Positions 49,474 through 59,494 are shown, numbered from the stretch's first letter. The stretch: 64,000 nt of DNA from Sphingomonas sp. (GCF_035758555.1 NZ_DASTXI010000060.1:5914-69913), one strand, 5' to 3'. Made by a program: numbers and translations. The notes: generated by a model not told the origin, from the letters alone.

Positions 49474-50937
49474 ATGAAACAGACTTGCGTTCGCTTTGTC
49501 GCGCTGTTCGCCTTCGCACTTGGCTCTGCCCAGCCGGCCAACGCGAAGGAGCCGCTTCAGCAGCGCGTTGAGGCGGTGTTGGCGGAGGCGGGGCCGGGCA
49601 CGCGCTTCGGACTGGTGGTGACGACGGCGGACGGGCGCGAGCTGGTCGCCGTTTCGCCGACCGACCGTTTCATTCCCGCTTCGAACACGAAGATGTTCCC
49701 GACCGCGGCGACGTTCGCGCTGGTGGCGGGACTTGACCAGCCGGACGCGAGCGGCGGCGCCGCGGTGCGGCTGGAAAAGAGCGGCCACGGCACGCCCGAC
49801 GTGATTCTGACCGGCCATGGCGACGCACGCCTGTCGAGCGCGGACGACTGCACCGTCGATTGCCTGGCAACGCTGGCTGACGCGGTGGCGGCGAAAACGC
49901 GGCACGTGCGCGACGTCGTCGGCGACGACAGCCTGTTCCCGGACCAGCGTTGGAGCCCGGGGATGAGCTGGAACAACATCCCTTCGGCCTATGGCACGGC
50001 GATCTCGGCGCTGACGCTGGACGACAACGAGACGGCGCTGCGCGTCACGCCGACCGAAGTCGGGAAGCCGCCGCGCGTCGAGCTCTCGCGTTACTATGCG
50101 GTCGAAAACCGGGCAGTGACGGTCGCCGCGGGCAAGACCGAGCTGAATGTCCAGCGATTGCCCGGACAGCGGACGATCCTGCTGACCGGCGCCATCGCGG
50201 CGACCGACGAACCGGATGTCATCCGCCTTGGCATCGACGATCCGGCGCATCACGCGGCATGGCGGCTGAAAGCATTGCTGGAGGCGCGCGGCGTCAAGGT
50301 CTCGGGGGACGTCAAGGCGCGCCATCGCCCGTTCATGCCGGCCGATGACCCAAAGCTGCGCGGCGCGACGCCGCCGGTGCGCCCGCCCCAGCCCGAGGCA
50401 CTGGCGCGCCTGGTGCCGCCACCGCTGATCGAGGACCTGACGCTGACCGCGAAGGTCAGCCAGAACCTGCATGCCGAGCTGTTTCTCCGCCGGCTGGGGC
50501 TGATCGAGGGCACCGGTTCGATCGAGGATGGCGAGGCCGTCATCAGGGCGATGCTCGCCGATGCCGGCGTGCCGCGCACCGGCTTCGACTTCTCTGACGG
50601 CTCGGGCATGTCGACCTACAACCGTCTCGCGCCGCGGGCGGTGGTGACCTTCCTGCGCTGGGTCGCGGCGCAGCCCTGGGGCGCGGCCTGGCGTGCGACA
50701 TTGCCTGTCGGGGGAGTCGACGGCACGCTCCGCAATCGCTTCAAGGGCACCGAGCTCGAAGGGCGGCTGACCGCCAAGACCGGCACGCTGAACGCGACCA
50801 ACGCGTTGTCGGGCTATATGATCGCCAAGAGCGGGCAAACGCTCACCTTCTCCGCGTTCGCGAACGATGTCCCTTCGGAAGCGAGCGCGCTGAAGGCGAT
50901 GGATGCCGCTCTCGTCCTGATCGCGAACGAGAACTGA
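49474..50937 (+). CDS. dacB: D-Ala-D-Ala carboxypeptidase/endopeptidase (PBP4, peptidase S13)
   Basis: Signal peptide; ASNTK (SxxK), SQN (SxN), DGSGMS, AKTGTL (KTG). Confidence 0.9.
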   Translation: MKQTCVRFVALFAFALGSAQPANAKEPLQQRVEAVLAEAGPGTRFGLVVTTADGRELVAVSPTDRFIPASNTKMFPTAATFALVAGLDQPDASGGAAVRLEKSGHGTPDVILTGHGDARLSSADDCTVDCLATLADAVAAKTRHVRDVVGDDSLFPDQRWSPGMSWNNIPSAYGTAISALTLDDNETALRVTPTEVGKPPRVELSRYYAVENRAVTVAAGKTELNVQRLPGQRTILLTGAIAATDEPDVIRLGIDDPAHHAAWRLKALLEARGVKVSGDVKARHRPFMPADDPKLRGATPPVRPPQPEALARLVPPPLIEDLTLTAKVSQNLHAELFLRRLGLIEGTGSIEDGEAVIRAMLADAGVPRTGFDFSDGSGMSTYNRLAPRAVVTFLRWVAAQPWGAAWRATLPVGGVDGTLRNRFKGTELEGRLTAKTGTLNATNALSGYMIAKSGQTLTFSAFANDVPSEASALKAMDAALVLIANEN

Positions 50938-50951
50938 GCCTGAGCCGATCC

Positions 50952-51027
50952 CGCTCGTCCCGAGCGAAGTCGAGGGGCGCTGCTATGGCGTCCGAGTAGC
51001 GCTCCTCGACTACGCGCGGGACGAGCG
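50952..51027. repeat. Palindromic repeat (family B) between convergent genes; supplies the serine hydrolase stop codon
   Basis: CGCTCGTCCCGAGCGAAGTCGAGGGGCG...CGCTCCTCGACTACGCGCGGGACGAGCG; 76 bp. Confidence 0.9.
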
Positions 51028-52041
51028 AAGATGGGCCGGTTCTGAATCCCACGCCTCGATGACCGCGTCGCCGGTCGCGCGGCGGAGTTCCATGATGCCG
51101 CTGTCGCTGTGCCGGGTCGGGTGGACTCGGTTGGTGAGCAACGTCCACGCCAGCCCGCGCTCGAAATCGATCCAGAGCCCGGTGCCGGTGAAGCCGGTAT
51201 GGCCGATCGTCTCGACCGAGCAAGCGTCGCCGCCCGGCCAGCCGTCGAAGCGCCGCTCCCACCCGCACGTCCGATGGCCGTGGACCGGCGTGCGGATCGC
51301 TTCCAGCATTGCAGGCGTAGCGCCGCTGCCGTCGAGCAGTCCCTGCGCGAAGTCGAGCACGCCGGCGACGGTGCCGAACAGCCCGGCATGGCCCGGTGCC
51401 CCGCCGAGCGCGAAGGCATTCTCGTCGTGAACCTCGCCTTTCATCACGCGCCCGCGCCACGCACATGCCTCGGTTGCGACTGCCGGGCCCGGCGGTGGGC
51501 CGTAGCTCAGGCCCGCACCCAGCGGCCAATCCGACAGCGGCTTGCCCGTGATCCGCTCGATCGCAATGCCGAGCAGGATGAAATTGATATCCGAGTAGAC
51601 CGGCGGCCCGGCCCGCCATTCGCGCTGCAGCACGAAGGCGCGCAGCCGCGCCGGATCGTCGCCATAGGTGTAGATCGGCTCGACCGCGGGCAGATGGGTG
51701 CGGTGTGCGAGGCAATCGCGGAAAGCGAGCTTGCGTTCCGCCGCGCCCGCCAAATCATATTGGCGCAGGTCCGGAATCGCATCGGTCAGCGGCCGGTCGA
51801 GATCGATCAAGCCCTGATCCGCGAGGCTCAGGATCATCGTCGTGGTCGCGATCACCTTCGAGACCGATGCGAGGTCGAACCAGTGATTCTCGGTCAACGC
51901 CTCAAGCTCGGGCACCAGCGCCGCCATGCCGGCGAGACGCACGGCGCGACTCCCGTCCGCTGTGACGATCCCGAGCGTCGCGCCCGGAACGCGGCCCGAC
52001 GCGATCGCTTCGGCCGCCGGTGCAAACGCCCGCTCTATCAC
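51010..52041 (-). CDS. Cytoplasmic beta-lactamase-family serine hydrolase (AmiE/YfeW-like)
   Basis: FDLASVSK, YSD, GEVHDENA, GHAGLF, GHTGFTGT; no signal peptide; GTGA coupling to the ampG-like stop. Confidence 0.8.
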   Translation of the reverse strand: MIERAFAPAAEAIASGRVPGATLGIVTADGSRAVRLAGMAALVPELEALTENHWFDLASVSKVIATTTMILSLADQGLIDLDRPLTDAIPDLRQYDLAGAAERKLAFRDCLAHRTHLPAVEPIYTYGDDPARLRAFVLQREWRAGPPVYSDINFILLGIAIERITGKPLSDWPLGAGLSYGPPPGPAVATEACAWRGRVMKGEVHDENAFALGGAPGHAGLFGTVAGVLDFAQGLLDGSGATPAMLEAIRTPVHGHRTCGWERRFDGWPGGDACSVETIGHTGFTGTGLWIDFERGLAWTLLTNRVHPTRHSDSGIMELRRATGDAVIEAWDSEPAHLRSSRA

Positions 52042-53606
52042 GACGGGGAAGCCGGTCTGTCGTCGGGACGTGCCCTGGCCTTCACCACGATCGGTAGGAG
52101 CACGATCGACGCCAGACTCATTGCACCCGCCATCCAGAAGAAGCCGGCATAGCCGATCTGCTGCTGGATCGCCCCTGACGCGCCGGCAAGCAATCGCGGC
52201 AACAGGAAGGCGAAGCCAGACAGGAACGCATATTGCGGCCCCGGATATCTGGGGTTCACCAGCATCGACAGATAGACGACGAAGATCGCACCGGCGAAAC
52301 CATGGCCGAACTGGTCGACCGCCATCGCGATATAAAGATCGAGATCGCCCGCGGTGACCGGCAGCGACCATCCGCCATAGCCGAGCGTGAACAGGAGCGG
52401 ACCGCCCGGCTGCTGGTGGGCGAGCCACGCGAACACCCAGTTGCTCACTGCCGACATCGCAGCGCCGATCGCCAGGCTCCAGCCCAAAGGCCACCGCGCC
52501 GCCATCCACGCGCCGAGCGCGACGCCGGCCATGCTTGAGAGGAGCGCGACCGCGCCGTCGGCCATGCTGATCTGGACGAGGCCATAGCCGAGCGCATTGA
52601 ACAGCGGATGCGAAAGGGTGAGCGCCATCACGTCGCCCATCCGGTAGATCGCAACGAAGGCCAGCACGGGCAGCACGATAAAACCGTAGCGCCAGAACAC
52701 GTCGACATAGGGCCCGATCGCCGTCGACCGCCGGGCCGGAGCATCGGGCGGCATTGCCTTGATCCTGGGCAGCCAGAGCGCCAGCGCGATGAACGGCAGC
52801 AGGCAGATGACAAGCACGACCGGCGTGACGTTGGTCTTGCTGCTGATTCCCGCGGCGGCAGCCAGCCACAGCAGGATCCAGCCGATGGCAGCGGTGATTG
52901 CGGTGCTCACCGCCAGAATGATAGTGCCCCCGATCAGCCCGCTGCCGAGCGCAGCGCCACGCTCCCCGGCGCCGTTCGGATCGCGCCGCGTCAGCGCCAG
53001 GATCGGGAAGGGGATGAATGCCGCGAGCGCGATGATCAGATAAGCCCAGGTCCAGTCGACCTTGGCGGCGATGTAGATTGCGCCGCTGCCCGCCGCGACC
53101 ATCGCGCTGCGATAGCCCCACAGATTGGCGGCGACGATCGGCCCCTGTTGCTCGCGCGTCGGCGCCAGCTCGATGCGCCACGCGTCGGCCGCGACCTCGA
53201 GCGTCGTCGTCCAGAAGGCGAGCAGAGTCGCGAACAGCGCCGTCACCGGCAGGCTGGCATCGGAAGAGGTCAGTCCCATCGCCGCCATCGAGACGAAGAT
53301 GCCGAGCTGCGACAGCATGATCCACCCGCGCCGCTTGCCCCAGAAACGGTGGAAGCCGGGGGCGTCGAACGCGTCGAGCAGCGGCGCCCATGCGAATTTG
53401 AACGTGGGCAGCAGCGCCACCCACGCGAAATAGCCGATCGTGACGATGTCGATATTGTGCCGCGCAAGCCGCAGCAGCAGCACGGCGTTGAACATGTAGA
53501 AAGGCAGGCCGGCGCAGAAGCCGAGCAGCAGATATAGCGCGCTCAGCCCGATCCCTTGCCGGTGGGCTCCCGCCGGCGCCAGCAACGCGTCAGCCGCGCT
53601 CGACAT
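52038..53606 (-). CDS. ampG: AmpG-like muropeptide MFS permease
   Basis: LLGFCAGLPF, FKFAWAPLLD, KRRGW, DAWRIE, YRMGD, QYAFLS. Confidence 0.8.
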   Translation of the reverse strand: MSSAADALLAPAGAHRQGIGLSALYLLLGFCAGLPFYMFNAVLLLRLARHNIDIVTIGYFAWVALLPTFKFAWAPLLDAFDAPGFHRFWGKRRGWIMLSQLGIFVSMAAMGLTSSDASLPVTALFATLLAFWTTTLEVAADAWRIELAPTREQQGPIVAANLWGYRSAMVAAGSGAIYIAAKVDWTWAYLIIALAAFIPFPILALTRRDPNGAGERGAALGSGLIGGTIILAVSTAITAAIGWILLWLAAAAGISSKTNVTPVVLVICLLPFIALALWLPRIKAMPPDAPARRSTAIGPYVDVFWRYGFIVLPVLAFVAIYRMGDVMALTLSHPLFNALGYGLVQISMADGAVALLSSMAGVALGAWMAARWPLGWSLAIGAAMSAVSNWVFAWLAHQQPGGPLLFTLGYGGWSLPVTAGDLDLYIAMAVDQFGHGFAGAIFVVYLSMLVNPRYPGPQYAFLSGFAFLLPRLLAGASGAIQQQIGYAGFFWMAGAMSLASIVLLPIVVKARARPDDRPASPS

Positions 53607-53709
53607 GAGAAGGTCCCTCGATCACGCCGGCACGCTCGACGGGCGAGGGGTGTTCGTCAACGCCCTGATTGCACCGCGCCGGCACCAAAGCCGCGGTTTT
53701 CCGCGGCCA

Positions 53710-53747
53710 AATGGCCGCAGGTTATATGCGAGCCAACAGAAACTATG
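53710..53747 (+). promoter_or_regulatory. Putative LysR operator pair in the ampG/TBDR divergent region
   Basis: AATGG-CCGCAGG-TTATA with CTATG 21 bp downstream; same layout as 44607-44644. Confidence 0.4.
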
Positions 53748-53807
53748 GCGCTCGGAGACTCTCCCGTTTCAGAATGACTGCAGGGTGCCGCAATGGGGGA
53801 TCATGCA

Positions 53808-56804
53808 ATGTTGGCTTCTGTTTCGCTGAAGAAGATTCTCCTTTCCGGAGCTGCCTGCGCGGTGATGGTGACGGCGGGCGCCGCGTCCGCACAGACCGCA
53901 CCGGCTGACCAGGCCGCCGAGCAAAGGCCGGAAGACATTGTCGTCACCGGCACGCGCATCGTGCGCGACGGCTTCGAGGCGCCGACGCCTCTGACTGTCC
54001 TGACGCAGGAAGACATTCAGAATTCGTCGCCGACCAACAACATCGCCGACTTCGTCAACCAGCTGCCGTCGCTGGCGGGATCGACCCGGCCGGCGAACTC
54101 GCGCCTCAACCTCAGCAGCGGCCAGGCGGGCATCAACGCGCTCAACCTGCGCAACCTGGGCGAAATCCGCACGCTGGTGCTGATCGACGGACGGCGGTCG
54201 GTCGGGTCGACGATCACCGGCCTGGTCGACGTCAACACGATCCCTCAATCGCTGGTTGAGCGCGTGGAAGTCGTCACTGGCGGCGCTTCGGCGGCCTATG
54301 GTTCGGACGCGGTCGCCGGCGTCGTCAACTTCGTGCTGAACAAGAAGTACGAAGGGCTGAAGGTCTCGGCCGACACCGGCATCACCAGCCGCGGCGACGG
54401 GTTCAATTATTCGATCGGCGTCGCCGGCGGCCTGTCGTTTGCGGACGGCCGCGGCCATCTGATCCTCAGCGGCGAGGTGGCGCACAACGACGGCATTCTT
54501 GAAGTCGACCGCGCGTGGAACGCCACCGGCTTCGTGCGCATCCAGGACCCGAATTGGACCCCGACCAGCACCACGCCGCGTTATCTGGTCCGGCGCCAGG
54601 TCGGCGCTGCGAACTCGACGCCCGGCGGCCTCATTCTCTATTCCTCGGGCGGCACCGCCAACCGGCTGCGCGGCATCTATTTCGGCCAGGGCGGCGCGAT
54701 CAATCAATTCCAGTATGGCGGGCTGACCTATCCGTCGCCCACCGGTTCTTCCGCCCCGTCGCTCACGCAAGGCGGCGACTGGCAGGTCAATGATTCGGGA
54801 CGCCGCATCGGCCTTGATCCGCGCGACGATCGTCACGGCGTCTTCGGCCGGCTCAGCTACGAAGTCGCGGATGGTGTCGAGCTGTTCGCCGAGGGCTCGT
54901 ACAATTGGCAGGAATTGTTCTTCAATGCCGGTCCCAACCTGTCGTCCTGCGGCAGCGCCAATATCGCCAATGTCGGCATTCCGGGAAGCAACGGCCTGTG
55001 TACGCTGGCTGGCGACAATGCCTATCTGATCCAGGCGCTCGGGCCCGCGCAGCTCGCGGGCATCACCGCCGTGGGGATCGGCACCACTGCGGTCGACCTG
55101 CCGTTCCGCGCGTCGAACAACCGGCGCGAGGTGCAGCGCTACGTGGTGGGTGCCGAGGGCGAATTCAGCGCGTTCGGAAAGCCGGCGCATTGGGACATCT
55201 ATGGCCAATATGGCCGCGCCGATCTGCGCGAGCAGCTGCGCAACATCATGCAGTTCCCGCGGATGTCGAAGGCGGTGGATGCCGTGTTCTCGGTGCCGGG
55301 CGATACCTCCAGCCCGATCGTCTGCCGGGTCAACGCCGATGCCGACCCGACCAACAACGATCCGGCGTGCGTGCCGCTCAACCGCCTGGGCATCGGCGTC
55401 GCCAATCCGGCGGCCATCGCCTATGCGCTGGGCGACCCCTATCGTGACGAGACGGTGACCCAGAAAGTCGTGGGCGCGAACCTGTCGCTTACCCCGTTTG
55501 CTACCTGGGCCGGCGACGTCAGTGTCGCGGTGGGCGCCGAATATCGCGAGGAGAAGATCAAGGGCTTCGTGCCGCAGGAGTTTCAGCCGATCATATCGAG
55601 GAACCCGACCACCGGGGCGCTCAGCACGACCAACCTGTGGTCGGTCGGCAACTATCTGCCGTCGAACGGCAGCTACAACGTCAAGGAAGCCTATCTCGAA
55701 ACGGTCGTGCCGCTCGGCTTCGGGCTGGAGTTCAACGGCGCGGTGCGCGCCACCGACTATTCGACGTCGGGCTATGTTACGACCTGGAAGCTCGGCGCGA
55801 CCTGGCAGCCGATCGACGATATCCGCTTCCGCGTGACGCGTTCGCGCGACATCCGCGCGCCCAACCTGGCCGAGCTTTACCAGGCCGGTTCTTCGAACAG
55901 CGACGCGGTACGCAACCCCTTCTTTGTGGAAGGGCAGTCGAATCCGGGACCGGGAAACATCGTTTACGGATCGAGCATCTCCTATTCGGCGACGGCGGTC
56001 GGCAATCCGAACCTGAAGCCGGAAAAGGCGGATTCACTGAACATCGGCGCGGTCTTCTCGCCGAGTTTCCTGCCGGGCTTCAACGCTTCGGTCGACTATT
56101 TCCGCATCGACATCAACCAGGCGATCGGCACGCTCAGCGCGCAGGAGATCATCGATCGCTGCTTCGACGGCGTCGCGGAATATTGCGCGGCCATTACGCC
56201 CGACCCGAACAGCACTGCGCGCGTGCTCTTCCGCGCCCAGCCCTTCAACTTTGCGGGCCAGCTGGTGCGGGGCATCGATTTCGACGCCTCGTACCGCCTG
56301 CCGGTGGGCGATGCGAACAGCTTCACGCTGCGCGGCGTGGCGACGCGCTACATCGAGAACGTGACCGATCAGGGTATCCCCGGCACGGAATCGATCAACA
56401 GCGTCGGCGTGAATGGCGGCCAGTCGAGCACGCCGAAGTGGATTTACCGCTTCAACGCGACCTATGACACGCCGCTTTTCTCCGCCACGGCGGTCGCGCG
56501 CGGCGTGAGCTCGGGACGTTACGATGATGGCGGCATCGAGTGCACGTCCGGCTGCCCGCTCTCGACGACCCAGCACCCCACTTACGACAACAACCACGTC
56601 AAGGGGACATTCTACGTCGATCTCAACCTGACGGCGAAGGTCGACATGATGGGCGACGGCGACGGAGAGATTTTCCTGAACGTCACCAATGTGTTCGATG
56701 CCAACCCGCTGCTCGTGCCCGAAACCGGCCTGGCGGCGAACAGCACCTATTCCGACCTGCTCGGCCGCGCCTTCCGGGTCGGGTTCCGGGTCAAGACGCG
56801 GTAG
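53808..56804 (+). CDS. TonB-dependent receptor (about 1000 aa, nutrient-uptake type)
   Basis: Signal peptide, DIVVTGTRI, LRNLG..RTLVLIDGRR, GGASAAYGSDAVAGVVN, RAPNLAEL, GNPNLKPE. Confidence 0.92.
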   Translation: MLASVSLKKILLSGAACAVMVTAGAASAQTAPADQAAEQRPEDIVVTGTRIVRDGFEAPTPLTVLTQEDIQNSSPTNNIADFVNQLPSLAGSTRPANSRLNLSSGQAGINALNLRNLGEIRTLVLIDGRRSVGSTITGLVDVNTIPQSLVERVEVVTGGASAAYGSDAVAGVVNFVLNKKYEGLKVSADTGITSRGDGFNYSIGVAGGLSFADGRGHLILSGEVAHNDGILEVDRAWNATGFVRIQDPNWTPTSTTPRYLVRRQVGAANSTPGGLILYSSGGTANRLRGIYFGQGGAINQFQYGGLTYPSPTGSSAPSLTQGGDWQVNDSGRRIGLDPRDDRHGVFGRLSYEVADGVELFAEGSYNWQELFFNAGPNLSSCGSANIANVGIPGSNGLCTLAGDNAYLIQALGPAQLAGITAVGIGTTAVDLPFRASNNRREVQRYVVGAEGEFSAFGKPAHWDIYGQYGRADLREQLRNIMQFPRMSKAVDAVFSVPGDTSSPIVCRVNADADPTNNDPACVPLNRLGIGVANPAAIAYALGDPYRDETVTQKVVGANLSLTPFATWAGDVSVAVGAEYREEKIKGFVPQEFQPIISRNPTTGALSTTNLWSVGNYLPSNGSYNVKEAYLETVVPLGFGLEFNGAVRATDYSTSGYVTTWKLGATWQPIDDIRFRVTRSRDIRAPNLAELYQAGSSNSDAVRNPFFVEGQSNPGPGNIVYGSSISYSATAVGNPNLKPEKADSLNIGAVFSPSFLPGFNASVDYFRIDINQAIGTLSAQEIIDRCFDGVAEYCAAITPDPNSTARVLFRAQPFNFAGQLVRGIDFDASYRLPVGDANSFTLRGVATRYIENVTDQGIPGTESINSVGVNGGQSSTPKWIYRFNATYDTPLFSATAVARGVSSGRYDDGGIECTSGCPLSTTQHPTYDNNHVKGTFYVDLNLTAKVDMMGDGDGEIFLNVTNVFDANPLLVPETGLAANSTYSDLLGRAFRVGFRVKTR

Positions 56805-56867
56805 ACGGCGCCCGGTTCTGGCGGCGGCTTCCCCTGCCGTTCGGAATTGCCGTTCCTCCGCAACTGT

Positions 56868-56901
56868 GAAGCCGCGGCGTCACACCCGCGGCTTCCTTTT
56901 A
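56868..56901 (+). terminator. Rho-independent terminator between the TBDR gene and lysA
   Basis: GAAGCCGCGG-CGTCACAC-CCGCGGCTTC followed by CTTTTA. Confidence 0.7.
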
Positions 56902-56922
56902 TCGCGCTCGCAAGGGGAGCTG

Positions 56923-58200
56923 ATGACCCATTTTCATCTCTGCGACGGCGTGGTGCACTGCGAATCCGTGGCGCTGCCGCAGCTTGCGCGCGACGTGGGA
57001 ACGCCGCTGTTCGTCTATTCGAGCGCAGCGATGCTCGCGCAGGCGCGGCGGCTGCGGTCGGCCCTGGCCCTGCTCGGCGATCCGCTGATCGCCTATGCGG
57101 TGAAAGCCAATCCGAACGCGGCGGTGCTGGCAACGCTGTCGGGCGAAGGGCTTGGCGCCGATGTCGTTTCGGGCGGGGAATATGCACGTGCGCGTGCCGC
57201 AGGCGTGTCGCCGGACCGAATCGTGTTCTCCGGAGTCGGCAAGACGGCGGCGGAAATGCAGCTCGCGCTCGAAGGCGGGTTGCGCCAGTTCAATCTCGAA
57301 TCCGCGGAAGAGGCGGAGATGCTGTCGCAGGTTGCATCCGGCCTGGGCCGCGCCGCGCCGGTGGCGATCCGGGTCAATCCGGATGTCGATGCGGGTTCGC
57401 ACGCAAAGATCTCCACCGGTGCCGCGCGCAGCAAATTCGGCATCCCGTTCGCCGATACGGCTGAGGTCGCGGCCAGAGTGCGCGAACTGCCGGCGCTCGA
57501 CCTAATCGGGGTCGCCGTCCATATCGGCAGCCAGCTCACCAGCCTCGCGCCGCTGGAACGCGCATTCGGGCGGATCGGCACGCTGATCGACGAATTGCGG
57601 GCGGCAGGACACGACATCCGCACGGCCGATCTGGGCGGCGGGCTGGGAGTGCGTTACGAGCCGTCGGCGCCCGAACCGCCGAGCATCGAGGACTATGCCG
57701 CGATGGTGGCGCGCGTGACGCGCGGCTGGAACGTCGGTCTGGCGTTCGAGCCCGGGCGGCTGATCGTCGGCGACGCCGGCGTGTTGCTGACGGAAGTGAT
57801 CCGCGTGAAGGCCGGCGCCGCGGGTCCCATCGTCGTCCTCGATGCGGCGATGAACGACCTGATGCGGCCCAGCCTCTACGACGCATGGCACGGGATCGAC
57901 GCGGTCGCGCCCGATGGCGAAACGATGATCGCCGACATCGTCGGTCCGGTGTGTGAGACCGGCGACACCTTTGCGCTGGCGCGGCGGATCGACAGCGTGT
58001 CTGCGGGCGACCTGATGATCATCCGCACGGCCGGGGCGTACGGCGCGACGATGGCCAGCACCTACAATTCGCGCGCGCTCATCCCCGAAGTGCTGGTGAA
58101 CGGCACCGATTGGGCCGTGGTGCGCGAGCGACGCGACACCGCCGCGTTCCTGCGCGAGGAGCATGTGCCCGCCTGGATCGGCCGGGAAGCGGCCGGCTAG
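56923..58200 (+). CDS. lysA: Diaminopimelate decarboxylase
   Basis: GTPLFVYS, YAVKAN, DVVSGGE, ISTG..SKFG, HIGSQ, EPGR, RPSLY, GPVCETGD, GAYG..MAS.YNSR. Confidence 0.9.
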   Translation: MTHFHLCDGVVHCESVALPQLARDVGTPLFVYSSAAMLAQARRLRSALALLGDPLIAYAVKANPNAAVLATLSGEGLGADVVSGGEYARARAAGVSPDRIVFSGVGKTAAEMQLALEGGLRQFNLESAEEAEMLSQVASGLGRAAPVAIRVNPDVDAGSHAKISTGAARSKFGIPFADTAEVAARVRELPALDLIGVAVHIGSQLTSLAPLERAFGRIGTLIDELRAAGHDIRTADLGGGLGVRYEPSAPEPPSIEDYAAMVARVTRGWNVGLAFEPGRLIVGDAGVLLTEVIRVKAGAAGPIVVLDAAMNDLMRPSLYDAWHGIDAVAPDGETMIADIVGPVCETGDTFALARRIDSVSAGDLMIIRTAGAYGATMASTYNSRALIPEVLVNGTDWAVVRERRDTAAFLREEHVPAWIGREAAG

Positions 58201-58254
58201 GCGGCCATGCCCGGACGCGCTAACCCACGGCTCGTGCACAAGGGGAAGATCGCC

Positions 58255-59448
58255 ATGTCCCAGCTCGCGGCGACGCTGCTGCTTGCCGCCACCCCGGCAA
58301 TGGCGAGCGACCAGGCGTTCGAGGCGGCGGTCGCCGATTTCCAGAAATTCCACCGCGCGGAGGTGCAGCGGGCGGGCATCGTCGGCAGCAGCTTCTATTT
58401 CATTCGAGACGGGCGCGTCGTCGTTGCCGATCATCTGGGCGAACAGGACGCCGACGCGCATGTGCCCGTCGACGCGCAGACGATCTTTCACTGGGCGTCG
58501 ATCACGAAAACGATGACTGGGATCGCGATCATGCAGCTGCGCGATCGCGGGCTGCTGGCGCTGGACGATCCCGTCGTTCGGTATGTACCGGAGCTCGCCG
58601 CCGTGCATAATCCGTTCGGCGACACGGACCGCATCACGATCCGGCAATTGATGAGCCACAGTGCCGGGTTCGGCGGCGCGACATGGCCATGGCGAGAGCA
58701 TGAATGGCAGCCGTTCGAGCCGAAGAGCTGGTCGCAGCTGGTGGCAATGCTCCCGTATACGCAGGTCCGGTTCAAGCCCGGCACCCGCTTCAGCTATTCC
58801 AACCCTGGCATCGTCTATCTCGGCCAGGTGATCGAGCGGCTGTCGGGCGAGGATTACGAAGTCTATGTTGACAAGAACATCCTGAAGCCGCTGGGCATGC
58901 ACGCCAGCTATTTCGACCGGACGCCGCCGCATCTGCTGCCGCACCGATCGCACAGCTATTATGTTCGTGACGGCAAGCGCGTCGCTGCGCCCTTTGACGT
59001 CGACACCGGCGTCACCGTCTCCAATGGCGGCCTGAACGCGCCGCTCCCGGACATGGCGCGCTATGTCGCCTTCCTGCTGGGCGATCCCGAGCGTCAATCC
59101 GCCTATGATCTCGTCCTGAAGCGATCGTCGCTCGAAGAAATGTGGACGCCGCAGATCGCTGCTGGCGACGATTTCACGCAAGGCCGCATGGCCGAGACGA
59201 CCCGGAGCGGCCTGTCCTTCTTCATCGACACTGTCTCAGGGGTGCGCTTCGTCGGCCATAATGGCGACCAGAATGGTTTCCGCGCTTATCTGAGCCTCTG
59301 CCCCGATCTGCACGCCGGCAGCCTGCTCGCGTTCAACACGCAGACGCGCACCGAGGAAAACAGCCCGGCCAACCGGAAGAGCGCCGAGTCCCGGATCGCG
59401 CTGGCCGCCGGGAAATTGTGCGAGGCGCTGGCGCCGCCGCGGAGGTAA
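58255..59448 (+). CDS. Exported beta-lactamase-family serine hydrolase
   Basis: Signal-like N-terminus; ASITK, LMSHSAG, YSN, GHNG. Confidence 0.85.
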   Translation: MSQLAATLLLAATPAMASDQAFEAAVADFQKFHRAEVQRAGIVGSSFYFIRDGRVVVADHLGEQDADAHVPVDAQTIFHWASITKTMTGIAIMQLRDRGLLALDDPVVRYVPELAAVHNPFGDTDRITIRQLMSHSAGFGGATWPWREHEWQPFEPKSWSQLVAMLPYTQVRFKPGTRFSYSNPGIVYLGQVIERLSGEDYEVYVDKNILKPLGMHASYFDRTPPHLLPHRSHSYYVRDGKRVAAPFDVDTGVTVSNGGLNAPLPDMARYVAFLLGDPERQSAYDLVLKRSSLEEMWTPQIAAGDDFTQGRMAETTRSGLSFFIDTVSGVRFVGHNGDQNGFRAYLSLCPDLHAGSLLAFNTQTRTEENSPANRKSAESRIALAAGKLCEALAPPRR

Positions 59449-59494
59449 TTTGACCATCGGCCGCTCAGAGTGTGGTGACCCGATCGATCCATAT

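Noticed and set aside
51010-53424. 804-aa ORF suggesting a long or fused serine hydrolase
   Set aside because: The N-terminal 460 aa are an Arg/Gly-rich off-frame read of ampG; the real start is the GTG at 52041
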